Positions 53,192 to 64,000 of a DNA stretch of 64,000 nt are shown here, one piece after another (positions within the stretch are counted from its first letter, which is position 1; every line of letters begins with the position of its first letter). A program made the position numbers and the translations under genes. The DNA comes from the human T2T-CHM13v2.0 reference genome, Homo sapiens, in assembly GCF_009914755.1 (NCBI RefSeq), contig NC_060927.1. One strand, 5' to 3'. Below the pieces are notes generated by a model. The model saw only the letters and a list, made by a program, of their open reading frames with translations, did not search any database and had not been told where the DNA came from.

Positions 53192-53274
53192 TTCAGTATA
53201 TGATGATACCTTTTGAAGGAAAGGAATATAGAAGGTTCAGTGTATGACGATATCTTTTGAAGGAAAGGAATGTA
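53192..53274 (+). repeat. Tandem duplication with a 44-bp period
   Basis: ttcagtatatgatgataccttttgaaggaaaggaatata / ttcagtgtatgacgatatcttttgaaggaaaggaatgta. Confidence 0.9.
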
Positions 53275-53316
53275 TCTCTTGGTCCCATCAAATTTTTTCT
53301 TGACTTACAAAATTGT

Positions 53317-53660
53317 TGATATTGTTTGTCTCTGTGTCCCCACCCAAATCTCATCTTGAATAGTAATCCCTATGTGTTGAGGGAGAGACCCAGTGGGAGG
53401 TGATTGGAACATGGGGGTGGGTTTTCCATGCTGTTCTCCTGACAGTGAGTGATTTCTCACAAAATCTGATGGTTGCAAAGTGTTTGGCTCTTCCCCACTC
53501 CCACCCTCTCTGTCTCCTGCCTCCACATAAGACATGCCTTGCTTCCTTTTTGCCTTCACCTCCCCAGCCCTGCAGAACTGTGGTTCATTTAAAACTCTTT
53601 CTTTATAAATTACCCAGTCTCAGGTAGTTCTCTATAGCAGTGTGAAAATGGACTAATACA
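53317..53660 (+). mobile_element. THE1 (THE1D-like) MaLR solo LTR
   Basis: tgatattgtttgtctctgtgtccccacccaaatctcatcttgaa...tatagcagtgtgaaaatggactaataca; TSD attgt/attga. Confidence 0.93.
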
Positions 53661-53840
53661 ATTGACTACAAATTTTTTAAAATTCTCCGTACTCAAGCAA
53701 GCTGTGGCATTACTTACCACAGTTATTTTTTTATATTTCTGTGGCATTTTTGTAACAGACCACATAGAACCAACTTAGAATAAGTGTAAGCAAAACCTTT
53801 GATCCTGTAGAAGACAATTTGATGCAAGAAGTCTTTTCTT

Positions 53841-54214
<374 letters not shown>

Positions 54215-54592
54215 TTAGAGCCACCATCCATCAGCTTTGACAGCTTTTTGTGATCTATGGCCAGTAATCTCTGCTTAATCTATAAAGTGTATAAACTCTT
54301 CCAGAACAGCAAATGTGCTGCCCAGGGGTTAGGAAGGTCACCAAATTAGTTCATTGCTGAGATATAAGAAGACGGCCATCCTGGGGATATGCACCTCCTT
54401 TGAAGTTACTGGGAAAAGAACAGTTCCAGAATATGACTCAATTACTAATTTTAGTGGCAACCAACAAAAAGCCCTTTAAAAATATAACAGTGTGTATGTG
54501 ATGGGTGCCTATGCTTAATTACATGAGCATTTGATTATAAAGAAGGAAGAATGGCTCTCAGGAAGCTGTTTTCCTGATCTGGAAACAATGCA

Positions 54593-55600
54593 TCATGTAG
54601 TAAAATGTAAAACGGGCTTAGCAGCTCTGCACTAGCTGATAATTTGTTCTAGGACAAGTCACTTAAACTCTGCGTTTGGGAGTCATTAGTAAAATGGGGA
54701 GACCAATATTTGGCCTACCCCATTCTTAAAACTTAGTTTGTGATTCAAAGGAGAAAGAATGCAAAAAATGATAATAATAACAGGAGACTACAAAAAGTCA
54801 GGAACATCTGATTGAAAGTAAAAGCCTACGAATTTTGGCAAAACGTGATCAAGCTCTCCTAATTCTGGATATCAATATTGGCCATTCTAACCTGTGGAAG
54901 ATACAATTTAAGGATAAATATTGCAGTGTGAGTGGCAAAGTGGCAATGAGTGGCCTATATCTAAATATTAGGAAATAATAATTTATCCAGAATGACCTGC
55001 AAGAAAAATTTTTGGTCAGCATATGAATAGTATTTTGCTACCATTTTTGTTTGGCAATCATTGAGCAATAAAATGGGAATATACAGATATTGTAGTGGAA
55101 ACATCAATATGAGGAGTTAAAAACCACAAAGCACCTGCATATCGGCAGGATAGACATAAATGCCAATGTTTAAAAATATTACAAAGTGTAATATAGTAAA
55201 TAGAACAAGGACATAGTGTTGAGATTCAGGGCCCTGAAACAAGAAGTCCTGATATCTCAGATTCATTACCAACTAAATCACTGATGATGTTACTTAATCT
55301 TTCTGTGCCTCAGTTTCTTTACATGTCCAAATGAGAACAGTAATAAAATTAAGTGAGTAAGTATATGCAAAGTGCCAAGGGCAGTTCAGAATGCAAGAAA
55401 AAGGTGGCTATCATATTATATAGAATAATAAAGCCTGGGTTGCTACCCTCGTTCTGTCACTTTTTTTCTCTGAGTCTTAGTTTCCTTATCTGAAAAATAG
55501 TAATAAGAATATCTACCTCTTTCATTACTGTGACGGATTTAATAAGATGAAGTGACTTCAGTTGCACTGTAGCTCTCAGGAACTATCCAAATGTTAGTTT
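54593..55600 (+). mobile_element. Cluster of MIR fragments (~54593-54770, ~55210-55410, ~55430-55600)
   Basis: ggacaagtcacttaaactct; gttacttaatctttctgtgcctcagtttcttt; tctgagtcttagtttccttatctgaaaaat. Confidence 0.65.
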
Positions 55601-55698
55601 AAAAAAATATTTATTGCAGCAATTGGCATTAAAGTGCTGACAAGGACATCTACCACCTCTCCCCATGGATGAACATCTCACCTAGTATAAAGTGAGTA

Positions 55699-55768
55699 TC
55701 TCTGTCTCTCTCTCTCTCTCTTTCTCTCTCTCTTCTCTCTCTCTCTGTCTCTCTCTCTCTCTCTCTTC
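55699..55768 (+). repeat. Imperfect (CT)n microsatellite
   Basis: Direct read. Confidence 0.9.
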
Positions 55769-55787
55769 TGCCTCGCTAACTTTAAAG

Positions 55788-55982
55788 CAGAGTTTCCTAA
55801 CCTCAGCACTATTGGCATTTGAGGCTGGATAAAGCCTGGTTGTAGGGGGCTGTCTTTTGCATTGTAGGATATTTAGCATAACAATCCTTGGCCTCTACCT
55901 AATAATTCCAGTGGTACAGCATTTTCCCCACCCCAGTCAGGATGTCCTAGGAGGCAAAATTGTCCCCAGTTGAGAACCACTA
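55788..55982 (-). mobile_element. MER20 with both termini
   Basis: cagagtttcctaacctcagcactattggcattt...ggcaaaattgtccccagttgagaaccacta; 8-bp TSD ctttaaag/ctctaaag. Confidence 0.9.
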
Positions 55983-55994
55983 CTCTAAAGCATT

Positions 55995-56230
55995 GTTTAT
56001 ATGTTAGCTTAGATACTACTTCCTCCAGGAAAGCATTCTGTGAATATCCCAGAAGGAATTTAATCTCTCCTATGTGCTCCTGAATGTACCCCCTTGAAAT
56101 AAGTGTTTGCCTTTTTATAATGTTTACATACACATTTCCTCCTATAGACTGTGAGTTTATCTTGGTCAGGAATTGTGTCCTACTTACCATCTGTTTTCAT
56201 GTGGTAAGCACTCTATGCATATTTATGAAA
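55995..56230 (+). mobile_element. L2 3' fragment
   Basis: tactacttcctccaggaaagcattctg...ctatagactgtgagttt...ggtcaggaattgtgtc. Confidence 0.65.
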
Positions 56231-57494
56231 AGAAGAGAGGGAGAGAAGGAGGAAGAGAGAGAGGAAGCAAGAAAGATAAGTGGTTAATCAGCTGATCTTG
56301 ATACTGTCTAATGCTCCATTATGTATCTTTCAGGTCCCTCTGCTGTGTCAGATATGAGGGGGTAACTTGATTCCTAAGGAGCCAGTGTAGAGAAACCACC
56401 ATGTACTCCCAAGCAGAGGCCCAGCTTCTGCAAAAGACCTGGTCCATTATTGTTTATATGGAAATCAATCCTATATTGAACAGACATATTAAATTACCGG
56501 ATTAAAAACCCAATACCATCATCAGTCAGATATAAAACAGAAACTGATACTAGCCCTTGTTTTAGAAGAATGTGGAGGGAGTGATATATCTGTTATGAGA
56601 GGGAACTCTTGCACAGGTCAACTGTAGTTGGCTAATTAATGCTCAATATAAACATGAAACAGAGGGATGCTTCAGCTATACCATGAGTTCATGATTTTGT
56701 GTAAACAACAATTTAAAAAATGGGCTGAAGTCCACATTGAATGTCAATGAAATTGAAACATTTCCCTGCTAGATAAAGGGAGGGATAGAGGCTTTCCTCT
56801 TATAAAACTGGCTATGTCAGTGATTCTCTCCTCAGATTACCTTTTCCACCTACCTCTCAGAATGGACTTCAGTGGGAGTAAACTTCAGAGGGGCCTTGTG
56901 GTTTTTATAGGGGGCTGGTACTTGCCGTATCCAACTCTTATGACTACAGAAAGTTTGAATGAGTACACCAACGTCTCACCTGAAACCCTCACATTTGAAG
57001 TGTTTAAAGGATGTGATTATTGTACTTCTTATATGCATCATTATATATGTAACTTTTACATGTACCATTATATATGTACATTATTCATGTTCATCAGTAT
57101 ACGTTTCATATGTTCATCATTATTTCATATAACACAAGAAAAGAAAAAACATTGTTTTTACGCTGACAGCACACTGTTTCATAACTTAAGATATTTTCAT
57201 ATAGTTCCTTTAGATTTATTTAGGTATAGATTTTTAAAAATCTTTTTTGTGTGCTCATAAAAAGGAAAGCATAAGCAAATTAAGGTAAATCATTCTAAAC
57301 TGTTTTTCACAATTAGAATCTAATTCTAAGTGATTTTTTGACTGAGAATTGTCATTGTCCATGTGTTTTCCCTCACACAGTGTGCTCAGCTGTGTCATCA
57401 AGACCATCGTTGACACAGCATTGCTTGGAAGGATGCTTTACCGATGTCTCTGGGGTTTTCTTCCAAACCACCCATTCTTGATGTTTTGAAGTGC

Positions 57495-57619
57495 ATATGC
57501 AGGCCATCATGATGACATAATGATTGTATCTGGTTGGTAGCTGTTTTAAGAAGAATCCTAATTTCAGAGACCATTAAAATGTGAAAAAATGTGCATTTTA
57601 GAATTGATGAAATAAGTAA
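57495..57619 (-). mobile_element. TcMar-Tc2 (MER104/Kanga-like) fragment
   Basis: atttcagagaccattaaaatgtgaaaaaatgtgcattttagaattgatgaaataagta resembles the Tc2 TIR end followed by TA. Confidence 0.55.
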
Positions 57620-58849
57620 TTTACATCCTAATGATGGGACTATCTACTTTCTACTTTAAAGACTTGAAAGGATTCAAAGTGCAAAGTGCTGAGAATCCAG
57701 AGCCAGATGGAGCTAAAATCACATTTCTCTGCTATCTCCAGGCTATTTTAATGAGGGCAAATTATTTAACTCTTCTGTGTCTCAGTTTCTTCATTTGTGA
57801 AAGCTGCCTCAAAGGAACATTGGTGATGATAAATAAAAATAAACCTCTTTGCCCTGAGTAGTTATACAAAAATATATTCTCTTTTTAAGACAAGAGCTCA
57901 GTTCAAACTGGCATTTTCTCTGTATTTGAACATTTTATATGTGATGTTCTAAGTGGAGACTGCTAAAATTGGTAAAAATGTTATGTCTTAACAATGAATT
58001 GGTTACATTTCAAGATAATGAGCAGATTCAGATAGCATGGTTTTTAAATACAGTTTATCTAACAGGGAACTCATCCATAGTTGTCTTGTGAACTATTTTT
58101 TCTTTCTCCTGTCAAGAATTTGAATTTTCTCTAAGGCCAAGTGGTGAATCAGCAGCTGGTCAATAATTGATTTTATTTTATGTCCTATACCCTTTTTCAG
58201 TCCAATTTTTAAGTCAATGTTAACTCAGAAACTAATTCACAGCTTAAAATACAGTTGACCTGACAAGGCTGCTATCTATTCTAGACTAACGTGAATTTCT
58301 CAGTGTAAGCACTAATATCTTCCAGTACAAATCTTGAAAATTAAAACCAAAGGATTAGCGTTATCATTACTGATGTTAATTCTGTATTAAATTCATAGTA
58401 GTTCACAGGAAATCATCCCTTTCTCATGTTATGAAACAGAAAAAGATAGGATGTCAGAAACTAAAAACCAATATATGTTTGTTTGTTTTTTTCCTAGAAG
58501 GTGGCTGAAACTTAGTAGCCACACTCTACCTTTGCAGTTTTTATTTTTCTCTTCGAATTCTGTTGCTTCTTCCATCTTGCCAGCCCTTGAAGAATCTGGA
58601 AAAAGCATCTCATTTTCCATGGAACAAGAAATAGGTTAATAGTCCCTTTCACAAAATGTAGAGTAGGACTTTCATTGAATGCCAACTCAGTTTTGTTTTT
58701 TAATTCTGTAGTACAGCATAGAAAAACTGGTGAATGATGTCATAGTCACTAACAGCAACTGTTCAAGTTAGGAGAATTTTAGAGAAATGGATATTGTCAT
58801 TATTCATTCACAAGTGTTTTATTGTGTTATAGATTTCTATTATTCCAAA

Positions 58850-59232
58850 TAATGAGCCATCTGAGAGAAAGAATTGGGGACCAACTCATTGTCAATTTCC
58901 CCCAGTGCCTACCACAGTGCCTGCTATACATAGGAAACTCAGTCAATTCTTGTTGATTGCCACAAAAATTAGTAAGAATTGGAAGGAAAAAGGAAGAGAG
59001 AGAAAACGAGCTCACTAGAGAAGATTCTTGAATCCTTTCTGAATCATATCAACACAGTATAGCAACTGGCTTAATCATAGATGTCATCACTGGCATTTAT
59101 GGTTAGAAATATAATGTTTAAGCCCCATCCCAGGCCTTTGAATCCAAATCCTCAAGAGTAAGTCTTGGAAATCTATATTTATAATTATCACTCTTGGTGA
59201 TTCTTATGTTCAAGCAAATTTTTAAAACACTG
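58850..59232. mobile_element. L2 3' end (~58850-58960, +) and MER5-type fragment (~59115-59232)
   Basis: ccccagtgcctaccacagtgcctgctatacataggaaactcag; ggaaatctatatttt...ggtgattcttatg...aaacactg. Confidence 0.65.
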
Positions 59233-62200
59233 GAATACTATGATGCTTTTTAGAAAATGTTTAAGTTGGTCAAACAAGTAATGATTCATTTTAGACCAAG
59301 TTAGCATTTGAACATTTCAGACCAATGGGAATATTAGAATTTGGTGCTGGGTAGCCAATGACTGGGAAGGGAGTTTTCTTGTTTTAGGATTGGTTTCAAA
59401 ACCATAACTTCACTCTTATTTCAGAGCTTTCTATTGCCCATTATTGGGCAGTAGAAAAATATTGTTTTTATTCTAAACTCAGGACCTAATATCCTCTAAT
59501 GCTTAGCAAAATTTGAGTATTTTAAAAGGTATTTAGTTGGTATTAAGAGAAGTGACTCAGAAAGTCAGAAACTTTTTCTCTTTCTCCTAATTGCATTATA
59601 ACTATCACTGTAAAGACAATAAATAATACAAAACTTCTTAAATAATGTGAATATATGAGCACATAAAAATAAGAACATTCCTTGAGGCTCTACTTTTTTA
59701 CAGCTTTCTATTACGCTATGATAAATAGATGAATAATAACCTTGCCAAGTTATATTTGTTCTTTTATTTGTCTCTAGACATGTACAATTTTGGTGCCATC
59801 ATTTCATCTCTGACTGCTTTTCTGTTATCTTGAGGGTCTCAGTCAGATAAAGCATTATAAATAATAAATATTCTTGAGTCATCTGATAGCTCAATCCCAG
59901 AGGAAATAAGAGGTTCAAATTTCCATAGAAGATTTTTATTAACATTCATATAAATATAAGTATAATTATTTTTCAATAGTTTTAGAATATTATTACTATC
60001 CTTTAGTAAGACATGTTGACACACCATAGGTCAAACACCAGAATCCCACTAGAACAAAATTTGACCCTAACCAAAATAATCACACATGTCCCCGTATTGC
60101 TGATGCTTATTGATTCATTTGTAATGAGATTTTCTACAATGAATAGCCTAGTTTAAGCATGTTTTTTTCTAGTCTTTGTAAATCACTATTTGTCTATCTG
60201 GAAACCTATTTTGTTCTGTTTGCAGAGTACCTTTCACTTGCTAATGATCTGTGCAAATTAAACAGAAAAGGGGAGGAGAGGCATGGTTAACTTTTCAAAA
60301 CTTCTTTACTCTGGGTGGATGGTAAGCAAGAAGCAATTATCCTCTGACTCTCCTCACTCCCAAAAAACTTCACAACCAAAAAGAGGAACAAGCGACACAT
60401 ACATGTGCATTTGCATGCCAACCAGAAGAGCAAACCAGTGTGCAGAAAGTGTGTTTACAACACCTCCTTGCAAAATGAATGGCAGTTAGATTAGATACTT
60501 TCCTTATTCTGTATAAACTGGTGCCTGTTGTATTTCTCTGTAGAGCTGCTTCAGTTCAGAGCCTGGGCATGTGCTTTGATGTGAGTTTTACCAATAGAAT
60601 TCCATTTGAGTAGAGAAAAATACTATATTAACTAACTTTTGTGCAGATGCAGGCACAGATGATTCAAAGTGTTAGCAACTTTCTAAAAACCATCAATCAT
60701 TTAAATACCCAGTATGAGAAATAAAAATTTTGATTTTTATGTAGTTATCTTTGTTCTGCATTAAATCTCTTTTGTCATTTTTCAACTTTAACAGTCCTGG
60801 GGGGAGAAGGGAGTAGGAGAACTGGGAAAGGACTTAGTGTGTGCAACTGAATCTGATTATAATTGTTTAAGATTTATTGGTTGATAATGACAAGTTGTTT
60901 TTGTACATTGAAATTCTAGAAAGTTTTAAATTCTATCTTTCATTTAAAAACTGAGAGCTACTAAACATTTGGGCATTTGAGTATCTTGGCACTTGGGAAT
61001 CTTATTCCTGTCTTGATTTGTGTGGGTCGCGTTTTTGATGATAATTATAAAGAGGATTTTGTGGTGGCTTTGAAAATCCTCAGTCTTGTAAATAGCATTT
61101 TGTGATCCAAAAGCCAAGGGAAATGACTAAATGGATCTTTGTGACATTTTAAAAACACCAAAAGGTAACTTCTTTGAACGAGATTTATGAATGTAGAAAA
61201 CTTAATAAGCAAAGAATGGATCTTTGTGTTTTTTCTTCCCAACATTAAATCTAAGAGGTTTTCTGTGGACAGTGCAAGAACAAGGCCCTGCAGATCCTTC
61301 CTCTGCTTATTTCCCCACACCTGATACAGTTTCTACTGGCACTTTTTAATTATTCTAAGTAACTGGCACAATGAAATGTTTTCGTTTTTATTCTAATAAG
61401 GTTTAGTATGTGCTAAAAGCAATTTTATAAAGATCTCTAAGCAAATATTGTACTGTACTTGTATACATTACACTTGAGAATGTTCCAGGCAAGTAAGTTC
61501 TAGGTTTTTGCTGTGCTTATCCTACTGAAGTATGATCCCTGCCTCTGCTGCTTTTTTCAAATACATAACCATGACTGCCTTTATCTCCATATATCAATAT
61601 GCAGAAACAATAGAATGCTTGTATGGCTATCTGTGCATATCCCAAGAGAATTATTTGTACTGGGGGAAATGCAGTTGAAAAAAAGCAGGAAAATTAATAG
61701 ATAGGCATAGAGCCTTATATCTTCATATATCCTCTAATAATGGTAGAATTTGGTTTTGTTTTATGATTCATCCAATAAAACTATATAATTTACTGTGCAT
61801 TTTAAAATTAAGAAACTTATGCAGAAAGAGCACCATGAGATATAAGAGGGGCTGTGGCATATCAGATTATTTTTATATAGTATAATATTACTGTTTCATT
61901 GTCTTGTATTTTGGAATCCAGAGTTAATGTTAGTGCTAAATGCAAGTTTACTGCTATCTTGGGGACCTGGATCTCACCTACCTATTTATCCCCAATGTAC
62001 ATCATCACAGAACTTTTTAGGGCTTCCAGCTTGTTTTTTCTTGGGAAACTACTGATGTGGCTAATGGGCACAAACCTGTTTCTACCCTAAAAATGCCTTG
62101 AGCCATAAACTCCAGCCCATAGTACAAGTAGAGGAAGACATCTTTGCCTACTCAAATTCCCAGAAACAGAGAGAGGAATCCACAGATGAATGCCCTGCCA

Positions 62201-62799
62201 TGTTGTTGTAATCAGATCAAAGATCCAGCTTTTACTTTTGGCCAATTTCCTTGACAGATCAAGATTGGATACCAAGGTTTCTGACTTCCATTCCACATTT
62301 TATCTGCTGAATATTAATAATTATGAGTATATAAAGACTTCATTTAAATAACCCCACTCAATAATCTCATCTTTTTTTCTAAAAGAGCATTTAGCAAAAT
62401 AGAGTCAACTAACCTGCCAATATCTTATAAAGAAATTTTATAAAGATTGGTTTAATACCTGCAGTACTAATTTTTGCTTCTGACAAAGGAAGATGTTTAT
62501 ATCATCAGAATAACTAAAAATAAATAATCTGATAGGTATTTTGTTGATCACCAACAGTGTTTTATCATAGTACTATGCATTGTGGGTAACCAAAAGAGGG
62601 AGAAAGATACATTCATTCCTTGATGCTGCTCTTCTTTGAGGTGGATTTTTACTACCTAGCATTTGTGAAGTACAGCATGTTGTCTCAACATTAAAATTGC
62701 TTTCATATGCAGAAACATACTATGTGCAATTGTCTGTGTTAATATGGACACATTTCTCATTTAGAAGAGAGATCATGAACTATCTTTATACACCAAGTT

Positions 62800-63212
62800 T
62801 ACCTTCCCCAACAATTTAGTAACTTTACAGACACATGGATATTCCAGTCATATTCCCTTGTCTTTTACCTCTGTACATGGAAAATAGCTGGTTGTGAACA
62901 TGGGAGCCTCTACCTGCAAGCCTTGTTTTTCTGGAAACAGCAGCCCCTCGTCACTAACAAATGGCAAGTAGGTAAATAAATGCCCCTATTTTGGAATGAT
63001 TTTAAGGCAGGTGTTCTATACTGTGTCTCAGAGGTCTCTAGTTTCCCACAGTGGTAACTTACTTGATAATACGCTCTTTATTGACTTTCTTCCTTTACTG
63101 AATTATTCCCCCTTTCCCATCTAGGTGTTTCCTAGAATCACTTCCCAAATAAACCACTTGTAGTTAAATCCTTATCTCAGGGTCTGTTTCTGGGGGAACC
63201 ATAACCAGGACA
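62800..63212 (+). mobile_element. ERVL LTR (LTR16-like)
   Basis: cccacagtggtaacttacttgataa...tcacttcccaaataaaccacttg...aaatccttatctcagggtctgtttctgggggaacc...ggaca. Confidence 0.75.
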
Positions 63213-63387
63213 ATAACCTTTTCTAATACTTCCTATTCCTTTAGGTTAGAAAAACAGGTTCTTCCAAAGCACCACCCTTTCCTTCTCCATGTTTAGCATT
63301 TTACTCCTCACTGACACTGGCCTATCGAGCCCCATCTTTCTGAAGTACACTAGTTTGAGGCTTCTTTCTCCCAGGCCTGGAGTTCCA

Positions 63388-63443
63388 CAGAAGTGCTCTA
63401 ACTAGAAGCATTCTGCAGAAGTACTCTAAATAGAAGCATTTCT
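63388..63443 (+). repeat. Tandem duplication with a 28-bp period
   Basis: cagaagtgctctaactagaagcatt / cagaagtactctaaatagaagcatt. Confidence 0.85.
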
Positions 63444-63554
63444 ACTTCTCACTTGTATAATTTTCAGGCAATCTTACAAATCACTACCAGACAAGTTTTA
63501 CTAATCTTCTATTGTATCCATGGTTTTAGCATTTATAAAACTTCAGAGGTTTCT

Positions 63555-64000
63555 GCATTCACTACCTTAGTAATGCCATTCAGTTTTATGGCTTTATATA
63601 TTATATATATGCCACAGACTCCCAATACTTATATTTCCATATCAAATCTTTCTCTCATTCCAGTCTTTTAGATACCACTACCTACTTGACATCTGCACTT
63701 AGATGTCTGTTAGACATTTCACATTCAAAACATCAAACCTAAACCCCTAATCTCCTCAGACAAACCTGCTCTTTCTGCAGCCTTCCCCATCTCAGTTGAT
63801 GGGAGTACCATCCTTCTAGTGGCTTTGGAGAGATCCTTGATTTATTCATTTGGCTCTTAAATATACCCTGACCGAATCCATTAGGAAATCCTTGTGTTCA
63901 TACCTTCAAAATATATTCAGAAGCTGACCATTTCTCCTCCTCTCCACCAGTGAAACTCTGGCACAAGCCAGCATCAGCTTTCACCAGGAATGCTACATCT
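63555..64000 (+). mobile_element. L2 (L2a-like) body fragment, runs off the right edge
   Basis: cctacttgacatctgcacttagatgtct...aaacctgctctttctgcagccttccccatctcagttgatgg. Confidence 0.8.

Noticed and set aside
56814-57260. Longest ORF (148 aa) with repeated HYIC
   Set aside because: The repeat comes from an AT-rich low-complexity cattatatatgta duplication. No domain is recognisable, and an ORF this long is plausible by chance in 64 kb.

Overview
This is AT-rich, CpG-poor primate genomic DNA, almost certainly human, judged by its Alu, L1PA/L1M, L2, MIR, MaLR and MER repeats. It holds one recognisable protein-coding exon: 92 nt at 15551-15642 (+), encoding (G)[30 protein letters not shown]. That is the RNP1-containing C-terminal half of RRM1 of an RBMS/MSSP-family RNA-binding protein, and the residues fit RBMS3 as I recall it. 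The ORF track misses this exon. Everything else is the flanking parts of two very long introns (>15 kb upstream, >48 kb downstream), filled with interspersed repeats: an old antisense L1 with its 5' end, 7 full Alus, several L1 3' ends, four clear LTRs plus one tentative, hAT/Tc2 DNA transposon fossils, and many L2/MIR pieces. I found no prokaryotic-type system, CRISPR array, RNA gene or new gene, and the listed ORFs are repeat-derived or chance. The most notable items are: (1) a T30-(TG)14-(GA)7 compound repeat 22 nt after the donor of a frame-shifting exon; (2) a 375-bp, ~85%-identical dispersed duplication of a composite segment (45973-46347 vs 50298-50672); (3) a 3'-truncated L1 fragment nested in MER91A; (4) a 70-bp tandem duplication of a MER20 end; (5) several repeat-free, motif-rich candidate enhancers. 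Repeat subfamily names come from recalled consensus sequences, and boundaries of old repeats are approximate.
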